Below are positions 29,028-37,447 of a DNA stretch of 64,000 nucleotides, one piece after another (within the stretch, counting starts at the first letter, position 1; each line of letters opens with the position of its first letter). This stretch comes from Candidatus Aminicenantes bacterium. Its GTDB lineage: Bacteria; Acidobacteriota; Aminicenantia; Aminicenantales; JAFGBC01. Below the pieces are notes generated by a model. The model saw nothing but the letters and a program-made list of their open reading frames with translations. It made no database searches and was not told the origin of the DNA. Made by a program: the position numbers and the translations under genes. The stretch is from the NCBI GenBank assembly GCA_963702005.1, contig OY969696.1, forward strand, positions 3,712,001-3,776,000, read 5' to 3'.

Positions 29028-30425
29028 ATTATCACCCATCGGGAGATTATGGAGTTTTCCAGGGAATTCGGCCTTACGCCTAATATAATCGAGAAGGATT
29101 ATTTGCTTGGCTGGCTGCTGGCCGGCATCTCGAATCATCCTGAACTCGGTCAGAGTTGGATTTTCAAAGGCGGCACGTGCCTTAAGAAATGCTATTTCGA
29201 AACCTACCGTTTTTCCGAAGATCTGGATTTCACGCTCGCCCGGGCTGAGCACCAAGACAAGGATTTCCTGATCGGCGCGTTCAAGAAAATCGCGAACTGG
29301 ATTTACGATGCCGCGGGCATCGAAATCCCTCGTGAATCGATACGATTTGATTTGAATACAAATCCCCGCGGAAAAATATCCGTGGAGGGACGGATCTACT
29401 ATAAAGGACCTCTCGGATTCGCGGGACCTTTGCCTCGCATCAAATTGGACTTGACCGCGGATGAGATCCTTGTCTTGAATCAGGTTTCGCGCGAAGTCAA
29501 TCATCCCTATTCCGATAAACCGGCTGGCGGGATCCACTTCAAGTGCTACGGGTTTGAGGAGCTCTTCGCCGAAAAGGTCAGAGCCCTGGGAGAGCGGTTA
29601 AGGCCAAGAGATCTTTATGACGTCGTTCATCTCTACAGGCATTTCGGAACGGGCCAAAACCGCGAGCTTGTTTTAAGCACGCTAAAGAAGAAGTGCGAAT
29701 TCAAAGAAATTCCCCTCCCTGTCATGGAAACACTCGAGGGCAAGCCGGAACGAGCCGAATTGGTTTCCGAATGGAATAGCATGCTGGGCCACCAAGTGCC
29801 CGTCTTACCGCCCTTTGAACAATTCTGGCAAGAGCTTCCGGAATTATTCGACTGGCTTTATCGCGCGGTAGAGAAGGCTGCCCCCGCATCCATGCCTGCT
29901 ATTAAGGGCGAGGATATTGACACGACGTGGCATCCCCCTGCCATGGCCCAAGCCTGGCATATGGCTATTCCTCTTGAGGTCATTCGCTACGCCGCTACGA
30001 ATAGGTTGATTGTCGACTTAGCCTATGGAGGAAGTCGACGCCTGATAGAACCATACTCTTTAAAACGGACTCGAGAAGGTAACCTGCTCCTCCATGCTGT
30101 AAAACATGAATCGGGAGAGTCCCGATCTTATAGGGTTGACCGTATTGAAGGCGCAAAGGTTACCCAGAGGTCATTTCGGCCGAAATACGCCATCGAGCTG
30201 ACAATTAAAGAGCCCTATCAAGCTCTCCCGACATCGAAGAGGTCGGCCTGGATAAAGCCGATCAGTCGTTTGCATGACTCGGGACCCAAATATATTTTCA
30301 AATGCAGCCTATGCGGTAAGAGATTCACTAAAAAGTCATTTGATGCGACTCTCAAAAACCACAAAAACAAATTCGGACATCCTTGCCCGAGCCAAATAGG
30401 ATTATATGTCGCAACGAAATACTAA
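29028..30425 (+). CDS. abiEii: AbiEii nucleotidyltransferase toxin fused to WYL domain and C-terminal Zn finger
   Basis: FKGGTCLKK, RFSEDLDF, AEKVRAL..R.RPRDLYD; WYL-like 'Y...RRLIEPYSL...RSYRVDRI'; CSLC...H...C tail; start ambiguous (ATT 29028 or ATG 29049). Confidence 0.85.
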   Translation: MITHREIMEFSREFGLTPNIIEKDYLLGWLLAGISNHPELGQSWIFKGGTCLKKCYFETYRFSEDLDFTLARAEHQDKDFLIGAFKKIANWIYDAAGIEIPRESIRFDLNTNPRGKISVEGRIYYKGPLGFAGPLPRIKLDLTADEILVLNQVSREVNHPYSDKPAGGIHFKCYGFEELFAEKVRALGERLRPRDLYDVVHLYRHFGTGQNRELVLSTLKKKCEFKEIPLPVMETLEGKPERAELVSEWNSMLGHQVPVLPPFEQFWQELPELFDWLYRAVEKAAPASMPAIKGEDIDTTWHPPAMAQAWHMAIPLEVIRYAATNRLIVDLAYGGSRRLIEPYSLKRTREGNLLLHAVKHESGESRSYRVDRIEGAKVTQRSFRPKYAIELTIKEPYQALPTSKRSAWIKPISRLHDSGPKYIFKCSLCGKRFTKKSFDATLKNHKNKFGHPCPSQIGLYVATKY

Positions 30426-30447
30426 AAAGCGAGCGGGTAACGAGAGA

Positions 30448-30526
30448 GGCCGTATCAAGATAAGTTAATAACTTCAGGGCCATCATATAGCTCTCTTCAG
30501 CTCGCCGCCTGAGTTACCGGGAAGGC
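30448..30526 (+). repeat. ~79-bp dispersed repeat copy B
   Basis: GGCCGTATCAAGATAAG...CTCTTCAGCTCGCCGCCTGAG...GAAGGC, similar to 24623-24699. Confidence 0.7.
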
Positions 30527-30540
30527 TTTGAAATCGCTAT

Positions 30541-31896
30541 TCAAACCGGCTTTTGGATCGCGTTTCGGACAGCATCCGGATCCAAAGACGGGTTCCGATC
30601 AAGGATGTCCACTACCCTTTCCGGGATTGGCGTATAGAGCTTCCTGAGGTCATCCATAAACACGGGGCGGATGGAGAGGCGCTCCTTGGGCTCACGCAGC
30701 TTGGGATTCCACTCGACCACGAGAAAGCTCAGGTAAAGGAACAAATCGGCGTCGGCTAGGGCGTCCTTTTGGAGGAGGGAGGCGAGCCTTCCCACGAGCG
30801 TTCGGCTCCTTCCAAGGCGCGCCAGGACCTTATTCCCCAAGGCGGAGTATTCGCGCCACTGGTCGGCCGAAGGGTATAGGGGCTTGGCGCGATAATCCAT
30901 AGAGCGATAGTCCGTGGCATGAAGGGCCGATCCCCCTCCCCCGTTGATGATGTGGACGGGGGCGTCGTTCTTAAGGGGCGCGACGCCCGCTTCGCGCTCG
31001 AGGTATTTCGCGAAGGTGGAAGAATCGTACTCCTCATAGTTGTGATCGTGGCCGCAGATGATATGGCTGATCGAGCGGTGGCCGGCCAGGATGCGGTAGA
31101 GCGTCTTGAGCCTGACGGCCTTGTCGTTCTTCTGCTTGCAGAGGGCCGGGATATGAAAGAGGACGATGGACGTTTTGTCCTCGCGGTCGGCCAGGGTCAG
31201 CCGCTCCTCGAGCCATTGGTGCTGGCGCGTGTCCGGGGGCGTCGTTCTCCAGGGCCCGCGCAGACCGTCGAGCTTTCCCGACATCCCGGAGTCGATTCCG
31301 AGAATGACGAACGGAACGCCGGGGCTCTTGAGCTCCCAGTACGTCCCCGGCTGGGGGACGAAGCGGAGGCCGTGGTCCTCCCAGCGCTTGGCGTACTTCC
31401 TGGTGCAGAAGGTGTCGAAGTATTCCCGACCCTGGCCGGCCGAGTAATACTCGTGGTTTCCGGGGACGGACCAGATCGGGATTTGGAAATCGCGGTAGGG
31501 CTCGAAGAATCCGGCCAGGTAGTCGTCGCGGTCCCGGTTGTTGTTCTCATCGATCCGGCCCGCCGGGTTGGCCAGGTCGCCGACGATTATCATGAAATCG
31601 GGCTTGAGATGGTGGAGGAGGGGCAGGAGGCTGTATTGGGAGCGGTCCCCTTCGCCGGTATCCCCGAGGATGACGAAGCGAAATCCGCGAGAGGGATCGC
31701 GGGCGGGGTCGAGGAGATCGGCGAAGGATTGGGAGCGGCCGGGAGGGGCGGTCGGGTCGGCCGGGCCGAAGGCTTCCCGCCACGCGTTGGAATCGTCCGG
31801 ACGGAGGAAGCGGCGCGAGGCCCACAGGTTCGAAGGCTTGAGCCAAAATCCGGGTCCGCGGTTTTTGGCAAAAGCCGGGAAGCTGAATTTGACCAT
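30541..31896 (-). CDS. calcineurin-like metallophosphoesterase
   Basis: GDTG, GDL, PGNHEY, FHIP, GHDHNYE, NGGGG motifs. Confidence 0.88.
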   Translation of the reverse strand: MVKFSFPAFAKNRGPGFWLKPSNLWASRRFLRPDDSNAWREAFGPADPTAPPGRSQSFADLLDPARDPSRGFRFVILGDTGEGDRSQYSLLPLLHHLKPDFMIIVGDLANPAGRIDENNNRDRDDYLAGFFEPYRDFQIPIWSVPGNHEYYSAGQGREYFDTFCTRKYAKRWEDHGLRFVPQPGTYWELKSPGVPFVILGIDSGMSGKLDGLRGPWRTTPPDTRQHQWLEERLTLADREDKTSIVLFHIPALCKQKNDKAVRLKTLYRILAGHRSISHIICGHDHNYEEYDSSTFAKYLEREAGVAPLKNDAPVHIINGGGGSALHATDYRSMDYRAKPLYPSADQWREYSALGNKVLARLGRSRTLVGRLASLLQKDALADADLFLYLSFLVVEWNPKLREPKERLSIRPVFMDDLRKLYTPIPERVVDILDRNPSLDPDAVRNAIQKPV

Positions 31897-31903
31897 CGGC
31901 GTT

Positions 31904-33070
31904 TTAGGCGTTCTGGGCGGTTGTCGCCGCGGCCTGATCCGTTCCGTTCGACTTGCTCCTCCCCTTCTGGAGGCGGAACAGCAGCGTCACGATATCGTTC
32001 CAGACCGGGGCGCCGAAGCAGATGAGGAAGGCCGTGATCAGACATTCGGCAAGGTATCCGAGGATGGCGAGGACGCTGCTGGTCGATCTTGGGGCGACAT
32101 CCTCATTCCAGTTGACGAAAATACGCAGGGGCGAGCCCGCGCCTTGAGAAGCGATGGGCTCGAGGCTTGCCAGGGCTTGCTGTTTGAGCGCGCTGAGGTT
32201 CGCAAGCAAATCCTGGTCCTGAACCTGAGCGGGGTCGGATTCGGCCTTGCTGGAGAGCTCATCGTATAGGTTGACGTATTTTTCGGCCAGGGCGGCGGCG
32301 TCCTGGGGCGAGAGGCTCCGGGCTTTCCGGTAGATGCGGCCGACGGGGAGGTTGACGGCGAGGGCGAGAAGGAGGGAGATGACGAATGTCTGGCGGAGGT
32401 TGCGGCGGCCGTAGGTGTACTCGAAGTTTTTGGTGAATTGGCCGTAGCGGTCGGCCGCTTCCTGGACGTGGGGGAGGAAGCGAGCCTGGAATGAGGCGAG
32501 GAGGGCGGCGGCGTCGAAGGGGGCGGACGGTTTGATCGAGCCCAGGGTCAGGGCACCGGCCTTGGGCTTTTTCCAGTCATGGTTCCATTCGGAGAGCCAC
32601 TTGGCGATCTCAAGTCCGGCCGTGTATTCGGTCGTCCCTTTCTCGGCGCGGCCGAGGTCGTTCAGAAATTCTTCCCAGGAGGATGATGCGGGAGGGGGCT
32701 GGGGCGATTTGGCCTGCGCTTGGAGGCTCGCCTCCTGTCTGAGGAGGTCGAGGCCGCGGCGGACCCAGGCGGGCGCCGTCTTTTCCAGGCAGGCGACGAG
32801 CTGGTCTTTCTCCATGGGGAGGATACGGCCTTTAGGGCGCAGGCGTCTCAATTGAAACGGCCCGCGGGCGGTCAGCGGGAAGCTTGCGCGCAGGGTCTGG
32901 GCGGCCCAGGGCCCGAGGAAATCGATCAGGGCGCGCGTGTAGGCCCTGGATTTGGAGCTCGTCAGGAGCTTATAGAATTCCTGAAGGATCTGGACCAGGA
33001 CGGCCAGGCCCAGCATGCAGGCGGCAAACCCCAGAAGGATCGAAAGCCAGTAGGAATTGAAAAGGCTCAC
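31904..33070 (-). CDS. membrane protein of the 'GAP(F/V)W' family, unknown function
   Basis: N-terminal TM ending '...QE', central TM 'LALAVNLP', C-terminal 'LICFGAPVWNDIV'; same architecture as 36899-39953. Confidence 0.75.
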   Translation of the reverse strand: MSLFNSYWLSILLGFAACMLGLAVLVQILQEFYKLLTSSKSRAYTRALIDFLGPWAAQTLRASFPLTARGPFQLRRLRPKGRILPMEKDQLVACLEKTAPAWVRRGLDLLRQEASLQAQAKSPQPPPASSSWEEFLNDLGRAEKGTTEYTAGLEIAKWLSEWNHDWKKPKAGALTLGSIKPSAPFDAAALLASFQARFLPHVQEAADRYGQFTKNFEYTYGRRNLRQTFVISLLLALAVNLPVGRIYRKARSLSPQDAAALAEKYVNLYDELSSKAESDPAQVQDQDLLANLSALKQQALASLEPIASQGAGSPLRIFVNWNEDVAPRSTSSVLAILGYLAECLITAFLICFGAPVWNDIVTLLFRLQKGRSKSNGTDQAAATTAQNA

Positions 33071-33182
33071 GGCACCCTCCCCTTAGAATATTTAGGCTGC
33101 TTTCATTGTATGAAATTCCCGCGAGAATTCAAGCGGGGGGACGACTAATGCAAAAAAGAGAATTAAAATACTACATATAAGG

Positions 33183-33349
33183 GGAAAGATATCCCTGGAG
33201 GGACGGATCTATTATAAAGGGCCTCTCGGATTCGGCGGACCTTATCTGCGGCAAGAGATTCACTAAAAAATCATTCGATACGGCTCTCAAAAAACCATAA
33301 AAACAAACTCGGATATCCTTGCCCGGGCCAAATAGGATCTTATGTCGCG
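33183..33349 (+). pseudogene. internally deleted shard of the abiEii-WYL gene
   Basis: First ~60 bp match ~29370-29430 (GGAGGGACGGATCTA.TATAAAGG.CCTCTCGGATTC); remainder matches ~30310-30413 (AAGAGATTCACTAAAAA...CCAAATAGGAT). Confidence 0.85.
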
Positions 33350-33392
33350 AGAACGAGGCTCGAAGGGACGGATGAGCTATATTCTTACAATT

Positions 33393-33845
33393 TTAGCTGT
33401 CGCAAGTTAGTTCTATCTCGCCTATTCGTGAATCGAAGCTAACTTTTAGCTTATTGAAAAAGCCTTTGTGTCCAAGGATGCCAAAAGCGGGTTTTAGCAA
33501 TTTTTTGTTCGGGTTATCAGGGAAATACTGTTCATGAATAAAATCAATCTCGAGGGCAAGATCCTTGCGAAAAGGCTTTTCGACAAAGTTCAAACCAACT
33601 TTGATGGTATGAAGTCGACATTTAATAAGTCCCGCAAAAGTTTCCACGTTCTTTACGACTTCGTTTTCTTTTGGTAAGGGAAGATCAAGTATTTTGGCGA
33701 TCTCGGCATCAAAACTGCAGCGAGACGCCCCCGAATCTATAAGAGCTTCGATGGGAGGCGTTTTCTTTTGATTGTGTTTGAGAACAACATTAACGATTGG
33801 AAAAAGCCCATCCCCCTCTTTTTTATAGGGAAGCCGAACCCTCAT
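33393..33845 (-). CDS. retropepsin-like aspartyl protease
   Basis: 'ALIDSGAS' catalytic motif and 'GILG' second motif; AT-rich. Confidence 0.8.
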   Translation of the reverse strand: MRVRLPYKKEGDGLFPIVNVVLKHNQKKTPPIEALIDSGASRCSFDAEIAKILDLPLPKENEVVKNVETFAGLIKCRLHTIKVGLNFVEKPFRKDLALEIDFIHEQYFPDNPNKKLLKPAFGILGHKGFFNKLKVSFDSRIGEIELTCDS

Positions 33846-34054
33846 TAAATAATGAAGTCGGAGTTTATTTCACGGGGCACTTTTTTCAGGAGGTGAATAT
33901 CTTTCTTGTTTTTGACCTTGTTAAAAGCAATTAACGCCGTCTTCCCGAAGGCTATGACACGATGGTTTTTTATGACCACCCATTGGCCCTTGAATTTTCT
34001 CAGGCTATCTTCGCAAAGCTTTTCTCGTGCTCTAACGGCCATTTTTCTCCCCAT
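33845..34054 (-). CDS. DUF5678-like small protein
   Basis: 'KFKGQWVVIKNHRVIAFGK' pattern; stop overlaps the protease start. Confidence 0.7.
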   Translation of the reverse strand: MGRKMAVRAREKLCEDSLRKFKGQWVVIKNHRVIAFGKTALIAFNKVKNKKDIHLLKKVPREINSDFII

Positions 34055-34172
34055 TGGATTGATTAAATTTTATCAAGAATGTCTCCGATATACAAGACGA
34101 CCGGGCGGACGAATAGTGTCTCATCGGACTGACAACTCCCGGGATTCGATCTAATGTATCAAAGGAAGAACG

Positions 34173-34352
34173 ATGGCTGAGAAGAAAGGATTCGAAAAGC
34201 TCTCTCTCGATTATTTACGGGAGACGTTCGGAGACGAGTCCGTCCGGAGAGTTTTCGGCAGAAAAAAGGTAAAGCCAAATATCGCGGCTAAGGTAACAAA
34301 AGCCAAGTCTAAAAAGAAGCCACTCTTAACGGTTGAAAATCCGCAGGTTTAG
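34173..34352 (+). CDS. 59-aa basic protein (below ORF-track cut-off)
   Basis: AAAGGA SD; MAEKKGFEKLSLDYLRETFGDESVRRVFGRKKVKPNIAAKVTKAKSKKKPLLTVENPQV*. Confidence 0.45.
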   Translation: MAEKKGFEKLSLDYLRETFGDESVRRVFGRKKVKPNIAAKVTKAKSKKKPLLTVENPQV

Positions 34353-34405
34353 GGGACATATCATTTTTCCCCGGTCGAATTAATGTAATTATGTGGGGAA
34401 TTATG

Positions 34406-34650
34406 TGGGGTCGGACCAAACTAACTAATTCATAATAAATATATAAAGGCTTTTATTGAGTAATTTTTCGTCCTTAAAGTCGAATTTTTATGCCTACAAA
34501 TGCGGCTCTAAGATGATCTCATGATAGCATTTGAAGACATCAGCTTAGATCTATTTATTTAAGCCAAAAACCGGAGTATTAAACTTTTATTTTATATCAA
34601 AACCCATATCAATTCATTGTTTATCAATTGGTTACCTCGGTCCGACCCCA
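34406..34650. mobile_element. MITE-like element, copy 1 (245 bp)
   Basis: Terminal inverted repeats TGGGGTCGGACC/GGTCCGACCCCA (imperfectly extending to ~30 bp); AT-rich interior similar to copies 2 and 3. Confidence 0.8.
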
Positions 34651-34664
34651 TTATTAAAAAGTTG

Positions 34665-36548
34665 CTACTGGGACATAAGCATCAGCGTCAGGTGCGAAGG
34701 GTAGCGCTTCGAGCGGAAGACGCGGTGGGTCGCCGGCTTATAATCCGAGGCCTTGGCCAGGAAGATATTCTCGACGAACGTCTGCGGGTTGCGGTCGATG
34801 AGGGGGAACCAGGTGCTCTGAACCTGGGCCATGATCCGGTGGCCCTTGAGGAAGCGATGATCGGTCTGGTGGAGGTCGATCGCGTATTCCTCGACCTTAT
34901 CGGCCGGGATCGCTTCGGGCTTCTCGAAGCTCTTACGGAAGCGCCCGCGCAAAACGTCGCCGACAATCATGAGCTGATAGCCGCCCATCTTGGGCTCCGG
35001 CTTGTAATCTTCCGGATAGACGTCGATCAGCTTGACCACCCAATCGGCGTCCGTTCCCGTCGTCGAGGCGAAAAGACGGGCCGCCATGTTGCCCGTCAGG
35101 ACGACATCCTCCTCGAGCGGTTTGGTCGCCCAGCTCAGGACGTCGGGCCGCTGGTGAACGAACCGCTGGTCCTCGACCTGCCAGGTCGACCAGCCCGAGC
35201 CCCTGGGATCGTAGGTCGGCTCGATCGGCCGCATCCGATAAGGAACGGGATGCGAAGGATCGGACACGTAGCTGTCGAAGGCCTGATCATCCTCGGCCGG
35301 CGGCGGATCGAAGGACAGCATCCCGTCGGCGCGGAAATAGAGATTGCGATCTCGGGCCTGTGGTCGCGGCGGCCATTCGTCGTAGGACATCCATTTGTCG
35401 GCGCCGGTCTGGAAGGTCGTCGCCTCGTGCAGGATCAAGGACCCCTTATCCTTTAGGAAATAGGCGAAGAAGGGCGTCTGGATTTTTTCCCGGAAATAGC
35501 GGGCCGTGTCGCCTCCGAAAGCGATCCGGCCCAGCCGGCTCGCCTCGCCACCCCATCCCCCATGGTCCCAAGGGCCGGCCACGAAATAGTTCAGTTTTCC
35601 GGCGTCCCGCTTCTCCAGCTCTTCATAGATCTTGAGCGGTCCGTAGAAATCCTCCTGGTCCCACCAGCCGGCGACGTTGAGCGTCGGCACGTTGACACTG
35701 GTCAAGTGGGACGCCACGGCCTGGGCTTTCCAGAACGCGTCGAAATTCGGGTGGGCGACGAAGTCGTTCCAGGTCGGGAGCGCGCCTTTGAAAAATTTTT
35801 CGTTGACGTTCGCCAGAGGTCCGAGCTTGAGGTACCAATCGTAGGTGTCGTAGGTGTCGAAGACCGGCTTGAAGTTGACTTTCGATGTCTCCATCAGCGA
35901 GACGTACTCGAACCCATAGCTCAGACGGAAGGCGCCGTTGTGGAAGAAGTCGTCGCCCAGGTACATGCTGGCCGGCGAAGCCTGCGGACTGCAGGCCTTG
36001 AGGGCCGGATGGGGATCGAGCATGGCCATGACCGTCAGCCAGCCGGGATAGGAAACGCCCATGACGCCGACACGGCCATTATGGCCCGCGACCTTCTCGA
36101 GGAGCCATTCGATCGTGTCGAAAGCGTCCGTGCTCTCGTCTATGGCTTTTGGGTCGTTCTTATCCCGGGGCGGCCTCATCATGACGAAGCGGCCCTCGGA
36201 TTTGTAGCGGCCCCGGATATCCTGAAAGACAAAAATATAGCCGTCGGCGGAGAGCTCGCGCAAGCTGACCTGGTTCGGGTTGCCGCCCGCCCCGTAAGGG
36301 GTTCGAATCATCAGGAACGGCAAAGGCCCGGACGCCGCCTCGGGCTTGAAAATCACGGTGTTCAGACGGATGCCGTCGCGCATCGGGACCATCGCCTCGG
36401 TCTTCGTGTAGGCCCGGGGCGCAGCCGTGTCGGAGGGGGCTTGGACACCGCAGGCGAATCCCAGCCAAGCGATGGCGCTGAAGAGGATGGGAAGAGCGGC
36501 CGGGTGGGATGAAATGAATTGGAAGACGGATGAATGATAGCGTTTCAT
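34665..36548 (-). CDS. CocE/NonD family hydrolase (peptidase S15/alpha-amino acid ester hydrolase-like), possible lipoprotein
   Basis: PMRDGIRL, RTPY, QDIRGRYKSEG, GVSYPG nucleophile, GPWDHG; 'LGFAC' lipobox-like. Confidence 0.92.
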   Translation of the reverse strand: MKRYHSSVFQFISSHPAALPILFSAIAWLGFACGVQAPSDTAAPRAYTKTEAMVPMRDGIRLNTVIFKPEAASGPLPFLMIRTPYGAGGNPNQVSLRELSADGYIFVFQDIRGRYKSEGRFVMMRPPRDKNDPKAIDESTDAFDTIEWLLEKVAGHNGRVGVMGVSYPGWLTVMAMLDPHPALKACSPQASPASMYLGDDFFHNGAFRLSYGFEYVSLMETSKVNFKPVFDTYDTYDWYLKLGPLANVNEKFFKGALPTWNDFVAHPNFDAFWKAQAVASHLTSVNVPTLNVAGWWDQEDFYGPLKIYEELEKRDAGKLNYFVAGPWDHGGWGGEASRLGRIAFGGDTARYFREKIQTPFFAYFLKDKGSLILHEATTFQTGADKWMSYDEWPPRPQARDRNLYFRADGMLSFDPPPAEDDQAFDSYVSDPSHPVPYRMRPIEPTYDPRGSGWSTWQVEDQRFVHQRPDVLSWATKPLEEDVVLTGNMAARLFASTTGTDADWVVKLIDVYPEDYKPEPKMGGYQLMIVGDVLRGRFRKSFEKPEAIPADKVEEYAIDLHQTDHRFLKGHRIMAQVQSTWFPLIDRNPQTFVENIFLAKASDYKPATHRVFRSKRYPSHLTLMLMSQ

Positions 36549-36587
36549 AAAGCGATTATACCTCAAATTATATGGATATATGATATA

Positions 36588-36833
36588 TGGGGTCGGACCA
36601 AGCTATCTAATTCATAATAAATATATAAACGCCTTCATTAGGTCATTTTTCAATCTTAATGCCTTATTTTTATACGTATAAGAGCGGTTTTAAGATAATC
36701 TCAAGATAGCATTTTAAGATATCCGCTTAGATCTGCTTTTTTAAAGCCAAAAACCGCAGTTTTTAGCTATTATTTATTATCAAAACCCATATCAAATCAT
36801 TATTTATCCATTGGTTAACTCGGTCCGACCCCA
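36588..36833. mobile_element. MITE-like element, copy 2 (246 bp)
   Basis: Same TIRs and interior as copy 1, same orientation; a partial interior copy follows at ~36844-36906. Confidence 0.8.
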
Positions 36834-37447
36834 CTAATACATATTTTTATGCTTATAAATGCGGCTTTAAGATAATCTCAAGATAGCATTTAAAGAAATC
36901 AGCTTATGTCGTTTTTTGGGGGCCGCGCTCCGGCCTGGGCCAGGCGTATTTTAAGGACTTTCTCAAGGAATTCGAACCAGAAAGGCGCGCCCAGCGAGAT
37001 TGCGCCGACGGTAAACAGCAATCCCAGGATTTTTGCAAGCCAATTCAAAAAGCCCTGGGGCGTTTCGGGCCAGCCGAAAGGAACAGGGAGAGAGAGGAGT
37101 TCTTTCTGCAGGTCTTTTATCTGTTCGACAGAGGCACTGACGGTGGCGGTTTGACCGTCGTCGGCCGGGGATTCCTTGACGAGAGCATCCGCTTTGGCGA
37201 CGATCGCGGCGCGAACGGGCGCGTTGTATAGGAGGTTTTTAGCTATCGCGAATGTGTCCACGTTGAAGGCGCCGACCAATCCCAGTGCCAGACAGAGAAT
37301 GATGAGTTGGACCTTCCGCTTGTTGTTAACGGGCGTGGAATAATCCCCCCTTATGGGCGTTGAAAATTCCCCCCCTCTGAAAGGGGTTCACACATGAGTT
37401 CCAACAGGGTATGCTTCCTCCCGGCAATCCAGCCGAGAGGAGAAGAC

